A stretch of 32,000 nt of DNA from Moraxella nasicaprae (GCF_025643275.1 NZ_CP089977.1:1470001-1502000); one strand, 5' to 3'; shown: positions 17,801 to 25,958, counted from the stretch's first letter. Notes: generated from the sequence alone by a model not told the origin. A program made the numbers and translations.

Positions 17801-18739
17801 ATGCGTTTGCCATTCTTAGAAGACACCACACCGCCACCGTTTTATCAAGCCAATCTAAGTCAGCGGCAGCGAACTCGTCTAGACCAATGGTTTATTGGAC
17901 ATCGTTCTCAGGCTTATTATTTGCAACGATTTGCCCAGTTTGATGAACGAGGCAAGTTGCACGCCAGTTGGAATTGGGCAGCGTTTTTGATGACTTTTGG
18001 GTGGCTGTTGTATCGCAAAAGATACCTTGATTGTGTGGTGTATTGCGTGGCTGGCTGGTCGTTCATCAAGGTGAATATTGTGCTAAGTTTGGTTGTCAGT
18101 GAATTTTTATTCATGGACTTAGTGGCACAAGCATGGCAAGTATGGGTGCGTATTGGCATTGGTGTTGGTGTATGGCTTTTTTGGTCAATGATGGTGGCAA
18201 GATGGGCGGACGCTTATTATTATCGAATGGCTCGCCGTGAGATTGCTGATGCTTTGGCACAATATCCAGCTGATGATGAAGCCCAAAAGGCTCATCTACG
18301 CCATGAGGGTGGGGTTAGTTTGGTTGGCATGGGAATTGCTTTTGCGATTTTTGCGGTCATGCTGACCATCATCAGCGTGCAATTTGTGCCTATTGTTGCC
18401 AAATCCCAAGAACAAAAACTGCTGTTTGCTGTTCATAATCAAGCCAATGCAGTGGCAAAGCGTGTTGAGATTATCATTAAGCAAACAGGCAAATGCCCTG
18501 TTGATTTGCCAGTCAGTAATGATGTCAATCAGGCACAGATGGTCATTCGTCAGTCTGTGGCAGGGCAAAAGACTGATTGTGCAGTGGTGGCAACCATCAC
18601 TAAGGCACATTATCCGATTCGTTATCTCAATGGACGACAACTCATCATGTATCGCACCGTCAATCCAGAGGGCAAGGTATTTTGGCGATGCCAAAGTTCA
18701 CTGAATAAAAAACAAACCCCCAAACGCTGCGTAGGATAA
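17801..18739 (+). CDS. Polytopic membrane protein: N-terminal DUF2628-like domain fused to a C-terminal type IV pilin-like domain (no prepilin signal)
   Basis: Residues ~35-150 resemble DUF2628 (YYLQRFAQFDERGKLHASWNWAAFLMTFGWLLYRKRY plus further TM helices). Residues ~172-312 form a TM helix plus pilin-like globular part (IISVQFVPIVAKSQEQ...; C-terminal FWRCQSSLNKKQTPKRC, a W-x-C-x12-C loop with Pro at -3, like the pilin D-region). The domain names come from memory of family signatures and were not searched. Confidence 0.6.
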   Translation: MRLPFLEDTTPPPFYQANLSQRQRTRLDQWFIGHRSQAYYLQRFAQFDERGKLHASWNWAAFLMTFGWLLYRKRYLDCVVYCVAGWSFIKVNIVLSLVVSEFLFMDLVAQAWQVWVRIGIGVGVWLFWSMMVARWADAYYYRMARREIADALAQYPADDEAQKAHLRHEGGVSLVGMGIAFAIFAVMLTIISVQFVPIVAKSQEQKLLFAVHNQANAVAKRVEIIIKQTGKCPVDLPVSNDVNQAQMVIRQSVAGQKTDCAVVATITKAHYPIRYLNGRQLIMYRTVNPEGKVFWRCQSSLNKKQTPKRCVG

Positions 18740-18746
18740 TAAGCCA

Positions 18747-19502
18747 ATGAAACAAGATGCCAGAGGTCTAACAGCATTTGACCTAAAACTCATCGCCATC
18801 ATCGCAATGACGCTAGACCATTTGGCGTGGGTGTTTTTGGCTGATGATGGATTGCTGTCTGGGGTGCTGCATTTTATCGGTCGTCTTGTTGCACCTTTGA
18901 TGTGCTATTTGTTGGTGGAGGGATTTCATCGTAGTGCCGATGTATCTAGCTATCTGGGTAGATTGCTTATTTTTGCTTTACTGTCTCAGTTGCCATTTTC
19001 GCTGTACTTGATAGGCATTGGCAATCTTGATGAGGCAGATTGGACGCAGTTTTTGGCAGGGAATGTTCTGTTTAGCTTGGCGGCTGCACTGTTTTCGCTT
19101 AGAGTGTGGCATAAGGCGTGGTCGTGGTGGCAAAAATTACCCATCATCATGCTGACGATGTTGATGGTTGATGGTGCAGACTATGGCGGCGGTTTGATAT
19201 TTTTGACATTGTTGTTTGATGCCTTTTATCATCAAAAACAACGATTGCTGATGGCTTATCTGCTTGGCGTGCCAGTATTTTATTGGCTGGTGTATGGTAG
19301 CGAGCAGACGGTGTTGGCGTGGTGGGTGCATTTAGGTGTGCTGCTTATCATGCCTTTAATTTATGGTTATGATGGCAGACAGGGCAGGCGGCTGGGCGGT
19401 CGATATTTCTTTTATGCGTTTTATCCAGTACATTTGCTTTTGATTGCATTATTGGTGTGGGTGTATGAGCGTCTTGGTGGAGCATTTCCTTTATTGGTGT
19501 GA
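18747..19502 (+). CDS. TraX-family integral membrane protein (putative acyltransferase)
   Basis: N-terminus LTAFDLKLIAIIAMTLDHLAWVF and FIGRLVAPLMCYLLVEGFHRS match the TraX family signature. Multi-TM, 251 aa. It starts 7 nt after the upstream stop, with AGGA 10 nt upstream. Confidence 0.75.
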   Translation: MKQDARGLTAFDLKLIAIIAMTLDHLAWVFLADDGLLSGVLHFIGRLVAPLMCYLLVEGFHRSADVSSYLGRLLIFALLSQLPFSLYLIGIGNLDEADWTQFLAGNVLFSLAAALFSLRVWHKAWSWWQKLPIIMLTMLMVDGADYGGGLIFLTLLFDAFYHQKQRLLMAYLLGVPVFYWLVYGSEQTVLAWWVHLGVLLIMPLIYGYDGRQGRRLGGRYFFYAFYPVHLLLIALLVWVYERLGGAFPLLV

Positions 19503-19505
19503 TGT

Positions 19506-21770
19506 TCACCAGCCCATTGGGTCGATGTCCAAAAACAGTCGAACCCCTTTACTGCTGGGCAGGTGTTGAACCGTTTGCCACCAGTGATTAAGCAGGTCAT
19601 GCAATGCTTTTCTATCTTTGGATAAGATGAGCATTTGCACTTGATAGCGAGTATTTTTCTTGGTCATTGGTGCATCAACGGGAGCATTGATGGCAAAGGA
19701 ATGACGATTGGGCAGAGCGTTTTTTGCACCAATGATGGCGTTTTTTGCCTTGGCATAATCATGACTGTCAGCACGAATCAAGGCCGCATGACTAAATGGC
19801 GGTAAGCCAAGTAGCTGGCGTTCTTGCAATAATTGTTTGGCAAAAGTTTGATAGCCATCACGAACTAAGGTCATCAAGGCAGGATTGGCAGGATTGATGG
19901 TTTGGATCATGACCGTGCCTTGCCTGTCTGCTCGCCCAGCTCGCCCAGCCACTTGAATGATTTGTTGGGCGGTGTGTTCTGGTGAGCGAAAATCTGGCGA
20001 TAAAAATCCTAAATCCGCATCTGCAATTACCACCAAAGTTACCTTGGGAAAATGATGCCCTTTGGCAATCATCTGTGTGCCAACCAGTATCGCAGGCTGT
20101 CCTGTTTGGATTTGTGCGTTAAGCTGTTGCCATGCCCCTTTTTTTTGCATGGTGTCACGGTCGATTTGCCAAATCGGATAGGTCTGCTGGCTGTGCTGTG
20201 GATTGGCAAAAATGGCGTGCAGCTGTTCAACCAGCCTGCCAGTGCCATTACCCAGTTGAGACAGATTGGGGCTGTTGCACTCTGGGCAAGTGTGAGGCGG
20301 TGTGATTTGATGACCGCAATGATGGCATTTTAGCCAATGATGTCGTTCGTTTTTATGCAAGGTGAGATGGGCATCGCAATTTGGGCAGTCAGCTTGCCAA
20401 GCACAGGCATGACAAATCAGCACGGGAGCATAGCCACGACGATTTAGAAAAATCAGCACTTGCTCGCCAAGTGACAGTCGTTCACGAATGGCACGAATGG
20501 TTTGGCTGGCAAAGGCGGTCTGAGCGATTTGTCCATCGCTGAGTGTGATGGTGTGTCGGTCAAGTTTGGTGTCGATGAGCTGATAGTGGGTTTTGTGGTT
20601 ATTGGCGGCACGATGATTGAGCGTCAGCTGGGTGAGTTTGCCATCAATGACCAGTTTGGCGTGTTCTAAACTTGGTGTCGCTGTGCCCAAAACCACAGGG
20701 ATTTTTTGCCACAAACCTCGCAACAAAGCCACATCGCAGGCGTGGTATCGCAGGTGGTCTTGCTGTTTGTAGGAGGTGTCGTGAGCCTCATCGATGATGA
20801 TTAAGCCTAAGCGATGAAATGGATACAAAATACTTGAACGAGTGCCAATGATGATTTGGGCAGACCCTGATTGACAATCTTGCCAGCCTTGCAGGCGTTC
20901 TTTGTCATTCATGCCAGAATGCAAAATGCAAATATAAGCGTCAAATCGAGCTTGAAAGCGAGCGGCTGTCTGTGGTGTCAAGCCGATTTCGGGCACTAAT
21001 ATCAGCACTTGACGACCCATCATCAAAGCCTGATGCATTGCTTGTAAATAGACTTCGGTCTTACCAGAGCCTGTGATGCCGTTGAGCAAAAATCCTTGAT
21101 ACTGCTGGTTTTTTATGCTGTTTTTGATGGCATTGATGGCATTTGTTTGCTCATCATTGGCAGGCAGATGTTCATCTTTTAGATGGGCAAGGCGTGGCGT
21201 GGTTGCTTTTTTGTTTGGGCGTGCATCAATCAAGCCTTTATGGTGTAAGGCATTGATGATGGTGGTGGTTGCACCGATGGCGTGCAAAGAGTGGCTATCC
21301 AAACCATCAGGATATGCCAGCATGTGCTGAAAAATCTGCCGTTGTTTTTTGGCGGTTTTGGGTAGTTTTTCAAGACCATCAGAATCAATGACTTGCCAGA
21401 GGGCTGTGTGCTGATTTAGCGGTTTGCCTTGATTGATGAGTGAAGGCAACATCACACCAAGCACCTCGCCCAAAGGGTAGTGGTAGTAGCCAGCCAGCCA
21501 GCCAGCCAATTTGAGCAGACCATCATCGATGATGGGTGCTGTATCTAGCACTTCGATGATGGTTTTTAGTTTGTGCGTAGGGACTTGACTGCCAGCTTTA
21601 TTGCCAAGAGCAACCACGATACCAACTAATTGACGATTGCCAAAAGGTACTCGCACTCGCACACCGACATCGCACGCACCAGCTAAGGGCAGATAATCAA
21701 AAAAATTACCCACAGGCACAGGCAAAGCAACCTGTAAAATCAGGTCGTTTGCGTGTTGATATGTGTCCAT
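19506..21770 (-). CDS. priA: Primosomal protein N' (replication restart helicase PriA)
   Basis: Walker A GITGSGKTEVY, DEAH box IIIDEAHD, and a Cys-rich zinc region (CHACAWQADCPNCDAHLTLH...CHHCGH...CPECNS). ~750 aa. ATG at 21770-21768 overlaps the yfeX stop codon by 1 nt. Confidence 0.95.
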   Translation of the reverse strand: MDTYQHANDLILQVALPVPVGNFFDYLPLAGACDVGVRVRVPFGNRQLVGIVVALGNKAGSQVPTHKLKTIIEVLDTAPIIDDGLLKLAGWLAGYYHYPLGEVLGVMLPSLINQGKPLNQHTALWQVIDSDGLEKLPKTAKKQRQIFQHMLAYPDGLDSHSLHAIGATTTIINALHHKGLIDARPNKKATTPRLAHLKDEHLPANDEQTNAINAIKNSIKNQQYQGFLLNGITGSGKTEVYLQAMHQALMMGRQVLILVPEIGLTPQTAARFQARFDAYICILHSGMNDKERLQGWQDCQSGSAQIIIGTRSSILYPFHRLGLIIIDEAHDTSYKQQDHLRYHACDVALLRGLWQKIPVVLGTATPSLEHAKLVIDGKLTQLTLNHRAANNHKTHYQLIDTKLDRHTITLSDGQIAQTAFASQTIRAIRERLSLGEQVLIFLNRRGYAPVLICHACAWQADCPNCDAHLTLHKNERHHWLKCHHCGHQITPPHTCPECNSPNLSQLGNGTGRLVEQLHAIFANPQHSQQTYPIWQIDRDTMQKKGAWQQLNAQIQTGQPAILVGTQMIAKGHHFPKVTLVVIADADLGFLSPDFRSPEHTAQQIIQVAGRAGRADRQGTVMIQTINPANPALMTLVRDGYQTFAKQLLQERQLLGLPPFSHAALIRADSHDYAKAKNAIIGAKNALPNRHSFAINAPVDAPMTKKNTRYQVQMLILSKDRKALHDLLNHWWQTVQHLPSSKGVRLFLDIDPMGW

Positions 21771-22675
21771 CAAAGGTTTTGTAGTCGCTCAACGGACGGT
21801 GCGTAATAATAACCGCCAGAAACTGCTGTGCTGATGTGTTTGAGCAATAGGTCAATCTGACCATCGGTTTCGCCAAACATGCTGAGCAGTTGAGCTTCAA
21901 TGTTCCATAGTCGAGACGCATAAGCGATGAACATCAGACCATGTTCGCCTGTCACTGTACCAAAAGGCAGGCTACGGCGGACGATTTCTAGGGTTTTGCC
22001 ATCTTCTTTGAGGTTGGTGCGACCCAAATGCGACTCAGTCAGACGGTCTTTTTTGTCAAATTCGATGTTGTCGTGTTTGCTACGACCGATACAGTTTTCT
22101 TGGTCGTTGATGGGTAGTTTGTCCCATTTTTTTAGGTCGTGGCGATATTTTTGTACCATCACATAGCTACCGCCAGCATCTTTGCCTTCTTTGATGACAG
22201 CAACATCGGCAATGTGATCGCCTTGTGGGTTTTCTGTGCCATCAACAAAGCCGTCCAAGCCACGCTCTTCTACCCAGCGAAAGCCGTGCGTTTCGGATTT
22301 GATGTCCAATATTGGCTCAAAAATCGCCACCAACTCTTTTGCTAAGCTAAAATTGATGTCATGGCGAAGTGATTGGATATGAAATAAGACATCGTGCTGT
22401 GTGGCAGGAGCCAGTCCATTGCCCAGTGGACGAAATGGTTTGATTTGACTACCTTCATCAGCATGACCAAGCATCTGCCAAGCATCTGACCCAAAACCAA
22501 TGGTCAGACCCAGATTTTCGTTAGGGTATTGATTTTGTAGGTTGTTCAGGGCGATGAGGGCTTGTTGGCAGGCATTGGCAAGCTGACCTTTGTCGAAGTT
22601 GGTCACATCGCCTTCCATAAAAATCCCAGCTCGGCAATGGTCAGGGATAATGGCAGATTGGGGAGTGATTGTCAT
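21770..22675 (-). CDS. yfeX: Dye-decolorizing (DyP-type) peroxidase, YfeX-like
   Basis: Collinear with E. coli YfeX: PDHCRAGIF, LGNGLAPATQHDVLFHIQSLRHD, HGFRWVEERGLDGFVDGTENP, DAGGSYVMVQ, GGYYYAPS. ATG 22675 has SD AGGA 6 nt upstream. The ORF-track start at 22699 is less likely. Confidence 0.92.
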   Translation of the reverse strand: MTITPQSAIIPDHCRAGIFMEGDVTNFDKGQLANACQQALIALNNLQNQYPNENLGLTIGFGSDAWQMLGHADEGSQIKPFRPLGNGLAPATQHDVLFHIQSLRHDINFSLAKELVAIFEPILDIKSETHGFRWVEERGLDGFVDGTENPQGDHIADVAVIKEGKDAGGSYVMVQKYRHDLKKWDKLPINDQENCIGRSKHDNIEFDKKDRLTESHLGRTNLKEDGKTLEIVRRSLPFGTVTGEHGLMFIAYASRLWNIEAQLLSMFGETDGQIDLLLKHISTAVSGGYYYAPSVERLQNL

Positions 22676-22713
22676 GGCTATTCCTGTCTGTATTTGCATG
22701 ATTTGATGATGGT

Positions 22714-22722
22714 ATTATAACA
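22714..22722 (-). promoter_or_regulatory. Candidate extended -10 promoter (TGTTATAAT) for yfeX-priA
   Basis: The minus strand reads TGTTATAAT about 40 nt upstream of the yfeX ATG, just downstream of the ridA terminator. Confidence 0.45.
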
Positions 22723-22730
22723 AGTTATGC

Positions 22731-22770
22731 AAAAAACCAAAAGCCCCAAGCCAAGATGATGACTTGGGGC
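22731..22770 (-). terminator. Rho-independent terminator after ridA
   Basis: On the minus strand, GCCCCAAG - 12-nt loop - CTTGGGGC (22743-22770) is followed by TTTTGGTTTTTT. Confidence 0.7.
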
Positions 22771-22786
22771 AAGTGATGGCGGTTGA

Positions 22787-23164
22787 TTATAGATGCAAAA
22801 TGGCCTCAATCTCGACCACGCCACCTTTTGGCAAAGCGGCAACTTGCACAGCGGCACGAGCAGGATATGGGGCGGTTAGGCGTTCTTCAAACACCGCATT
22901 GAGTACCGCAAAATCTGCCAAATCTGTCAAAGAGACATTAAACTTGACGGTGTCATTTAGGCTACCGCCAGCCGCTTTTGCGATGGCTTCTAGGTTATCA
23001 AAGGCTTGGCGAGCTTGGGCTTCAAAGCCATCTTTAAGGGTCATGCTCACAGGGTCTAGACCAAGCTGACCTGAGATATAGACCACATTGCCAACTTTGA
23101 TGGCTTGTGAATAAGTGCCAACCGCCGCAGGGGCTTGGTCGGTATGAATGGCTTGTTTAGTCAT
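22787..23164 (-). CDS. ridA: 2-iminobutanoate/2-iminopropanoate deaminase (RidA/YjgF family)
   Basis: MTKQAIHTDQAPAAVGTYSQA... aligns along its length with E. coli RidA and has the C-terminal ARAAVQVAALPKGGVVEIEAI. The third of three tandem ATGs has the best SD spacing (AAGGA, 6 nt). The ORF-track start is 23170. Confidence 0.9.
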   Translation of the reverse strand: MTKQAIHTDQAPAAVGTYSQAIKVGNVVYISGQLGLDPVSMTLKDGFEAQARQAFDNLEAIAKAAGGSLNDTVKFNVSLTDLADFAVLNAVFEERLTAPYPARAAVQVAALPKGGVVEIEAILHL

Positions 23165-23214
23165 CATCATTCCTTCATTTTTGGTAAAAATACTGCCAAT
23201 GACCTAATGCTGGC

Positions 23215-25401
23215 TCATTGGTACAGTCGCATGATATTGGGATAATCTAATAATTGACGCAATTTGTCAATACCTTCTTCTAGGTGGGCACGAGAGCGTA
23301 CCACGATTTGTAGGGTGGTTGTGCCAATTTTGCTGTCTTTTTCTTGGTCTTTATCTGCCTTGACGGCGGTTGTTTCGACACCGATGTTTAATGCACGAAG
23401 TTCATAGATGGCTTGGCTGATTTGTTCTTCGTTTAGCATGGCATAGATGCGTAGAGTTGCTGGAAAGTGCAACTGATGATTTTGATTGTTGGGTATGTCA
23501 GCTTTCCAATTAAGCTGAATGACCTGATAGGGGTTGTCCGTGCGAATGGCGGCAAGTGAGTAGCATTTATGACGATGTACAACCAAGCCTTGTCGTGAAA
23601 TATGTCCAACAATGCCATCGCCATAGATGGGATTGCAGCAACGAGCAAAATCTACCTCTACGCCTTTGATGCCTGCCAGTAGATGCTTACTTTGGGTGAT
23701 GGCTTGTTTGTCCGCACTGTCCACCTCTTCGCTAAATAGACGAGAGACGACCAACTGAGGCAACAGCACCCCTGTGGCAAGCTGAATGAACAGTTCATCA
23801 GAATGCTGCAAGCCACGCCATGCTAGGATATTTGCCCAGTCATCTGCGTTGATGTCATTGATGGATTTGTCATATGGCTGCAAGGCTTGGTCAAGTGCCT
23901 GCTTACCATAGAGAATTTTGTCAGATTCTGGCAGGTGTTTTAGGTATTTTAGGATTTCGCTGCGAGCCTTGTTGGTTGCCACAAAACCCAGCCATCTGGC
24001 TTGTGGTCTGGCATTTGGGTCGGTATCAATGCTGACTGTGTCGCCATCGGCAAGCACATTACCCAGTCTGCCGTGTTGATTGTTGATGTCTGCCCCTGTG
24101 GCAATATTACCAATGGCAGGACCGACTGCGTAAGCAAAGTCCAATGCTGTCGCACCACGAGGCAACTCGTAAGCGTGTCCTTGTGGGCTGTAACAGACGA
24201 TTTTTCTCTCGTGCAGATAGCTGATAAGCTCATTGATGGTTTCAATCTGTGCTTCACTGTCATTAAGATTGCCAGAACTTGCCAAATCTTGCATATTTCT
24301 TAGGCTGGCTTGAATGACAGAATGACTGACATCGGTGCGATCTCGACTGATGACCCCCAGTCTTGCTGCTTCTTGCATTCGCTTGGTCATCAAGGTAACT
24401 TTGATGTGATTGTAATCTTTTTCGTAGATGAGGGTCAAAGATTGATTGCCGCCTGCTAGGGGCTCACGGATATTGTCTTGGATTTGCTTGTCTTGAATCT
24501 GATATTGTCGAATCAGATGATTGGCAAGTTTGTCGCACGATTCGATGTCGTCCAGCACCACTTCAAAATCGTATTGTCGGATTAGGCGGTTGATTTCGCC
24601 ACGATTTTTGAAAAATTGTCGGTACATTGATGGGCGATTATCCAGCACTTGCACATGACCATTGAGGTTTAGCTGTGCCAATAGGCTTTGTAGGTAGGTG
24701 CTGATTTCGGTTTTTTGAAATTGACGACCCAAACCGTGTTGTAGCAATTTATCGCTAAATTTGTTGTACATGCTTTCATTAAGATTGCGATAGCACAGCA
24801 GCTCAATATAGTCAGCGATGTTATTAAGCCCCATCACACGAGCAAATGGCACATAAAAATCCAAGGTCTCGCTGGCGGTGCGAATTTTTTTGTCGGGACG
24901 CACCGCATCTAGCGTGGACATATTGTGCAGACGGTCAGACAGTTTGACAATCAATACTCGTGGGTCGATGAGCGTGGCGGTCAAAATCTTATGAAAAGTC
25001 GCCGCTTGGCTTTGTTGTTTATTCATCGTGGAGCTTTTGAGCTTGGTTACGCCATCGACAAGGCGTGCAACCACTTCGCCAAATTCTTGCACCAAAAGCT
25101 CTTCGGTCACTTCGGTGTCCTCGACCGTGTCGTGTAAAATCGCTGCGATGATGGTGTCTCTATCCAAGCGAAATCCCGCCAAAATCTCCGCCACAGCAAT
25201 GGGGTGGGTGATGTAGGGTTCGCCTGACTTTCGTTTATCCAAGATATGAGCCACATCGCCAAAATAGCAGGCTCTAAGTACATCTTGGCGTTCTGATGCA
25301 GACAGGTAACTGACCGCTTGCATCAGACCATCACGAGCTTCATCGACCAGCGGGTGGCTTAATGATTCTGGAATGGCGTTTGGCTGGTATTGATAAGACA
25401 T
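23215..25401 (-). CDS. spoT: SpoT-type long RSH enzyme with an intact HD hydrolase domain and a degenerate synthetase domain
   Basis: HD motifs are present: HPIAVAEIL, HDTVEDT, DRLHNM. TGS and ACT regions align with E. coli SpoT (PRGATALDFAYAV). Located downstream of rpoZ. See the finding for the synthetase motif losses. Confidence 0.93.
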   Translation of the reverse strand: MSYQYQPNAIPESLSHPLVDEARDGLMQAVSYLSASERQDVLRACYFGDVAHILDKRKSGEPYITHPIAVAEILAGFRLDRDTIIAAILHDTVEDTEVTEELLVQEFGEVVARLVDGVTKLKSSTMNKQQSQAATFHKILTATLIDPRVLIVKLSDRLHNMSTLDAVRPDKKIRTASETLDFYVPFARVMGLNNIADYIELLCYRNLNESMYNKFSDKLLQHGLGRQFQKTEISTYLQSLLAQLNLNGHVQVLDNRPSMYRQFFKNRGEINRLIRQYDFEVVLDDIESCDKLANHLIRQYQIQDKQIQDNIREPLAGGNQSLTLIYEKDYNHIKVTLMTKRMQEAARLGVISRDRTDVSHSVIQASLRNMQDLASSGNLNDSEAQIETINELISYLHERKIVCYSPQGHAYELPRGATALDFAYAVGPAIGNIATGADINNQHGRLGNVLADGDTVSIDTDPNARPQARWLGFVATNKARSEILKYLKHLPESDKILYGKQALDQALQPYDKSINDINADDWANILAWRGLQHSDELFIQLATGVLLPQLVVSRLFSEEVDSADKQAITQSKHLLAGIKGVEVDFARCCNPIYGDGIVGHISRQGLVVHRHKCYSLAAIRTDNPYQVIQLNWKADIPNNQNHQLHFPATLRIYAMLNEEQISQAIYELRALNIGVETTAVKADKDQEKDSKIGTTTLQIVVRSRAHLEEGIDKLRQLLDYPNIMRLYQ

Positions 25402-25435
25402 ACTGGCTCTCTTGGGGGTTGATAAAATGTTTAAA

Positions 25436-25470
25436 CCTTATAATAAATCAATTTTTTGGGCACTTGTCAA
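25436..25470 (-). promoter_or_regulatory. Candidate spoT promoter with a perfect -35 TTGACA
   Basis: On the minus strand, TTGACA (25470-25465) is followed by TTTATT at 17 nt or TATTAT at 19 nt, about 35-40 nt upstream of the spoT ATG. Confidence 0.4.
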
Positions 25471-25520
25471 TATATTAAGCATTTATTTTGCCAAATCAGG
25501 TTTTATATAAATAAAAAGCA

Positions 25521-25553
25521 TAGAAAAAGCCACGCAGATTTTGGCGTGGCTTT
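25521..25553 (-). terminator. Rho-independent terminator after rpoZ
   Basis: GCCACGC (25529-25535) pairs with GCGTGGC (25544-25550) around an 8-nt loop. On the minus strand the stem is followed by TTTTTCTATGCTTTTT. Confidence 0.65.
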
Positions 25554-25569
25554 CGATGGACTTGGGCGA

Positions 25570-25839
25570 TTACAGCTTATTGCCCAGTTGTTCTGGGGTT
25601 AGTTCAAATGACTGCACCACTTTGAACAAACCATCATCTGGCTCGTCCAAAATATCCTTAGAGACATTACCAGCGGCAATCTCACGCAGTGCCAAGACGG
25701 TCGGCTTATCGTTTTCTACCACGACGGTTGGTTCGACTTTGCCATTGGCAAGTTGGCGAGCACGCTTGCTAGCCACCAAAATCAACTCAAAACGATTATC
25801 GACTTGTGATAGACAATCTTCAATGGTAACTCGTGCCAT
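25570..25839 (-). CDS. rpoZ: DNA-directed RNA polymerase subunit omega
   Basis: [30 protein letters not shown] is the canonical omega N-terminus. 89 aa, in gmk-rpoZ-spoT context. Confidence 0.95.
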   Translation of the reverse strand: MARVTIEDCLSQVDNRFELILVASKRARQLANGKVEPTVVVENDKPTVLALREIAAGNVSKDILDEPDDGLFKVVQSFELTPEQLGNKL

Positions 25840-25881
25840 GATTTCTCTCTTAAATTTCTAAATGCGATACGATAAACGCAA

Positions 25882-25890
25882 ATTATAACA
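25882..25890 (-). promoter_or_regulatory. Candidate extended -10 promoter (TGTTATAAT) for rpoZ
   Basis: The minus strand reads TGTTATAAT about 43 nt upstream of the rpoZ ATG, in the 119-bp gmk-rpoZ spacer. Confidence 0.45.
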
Positions 25891-25958
25891 AAATTTTTGG
25901 CGTTATTTAAGTGTTTTGCCAAAAATATTTTTTGTGATTGTTTGTCTGCCACCAAAGA

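Noticed and set aside
18296-18694. A 132-aa antisense ORF and a 106-aa alternate-frame ORF inside the pilin-like domain region
   Set aside because: They have no signals or motifs, and the sense frame yields coherent TM helices plus the pilin-like Cys pattern.
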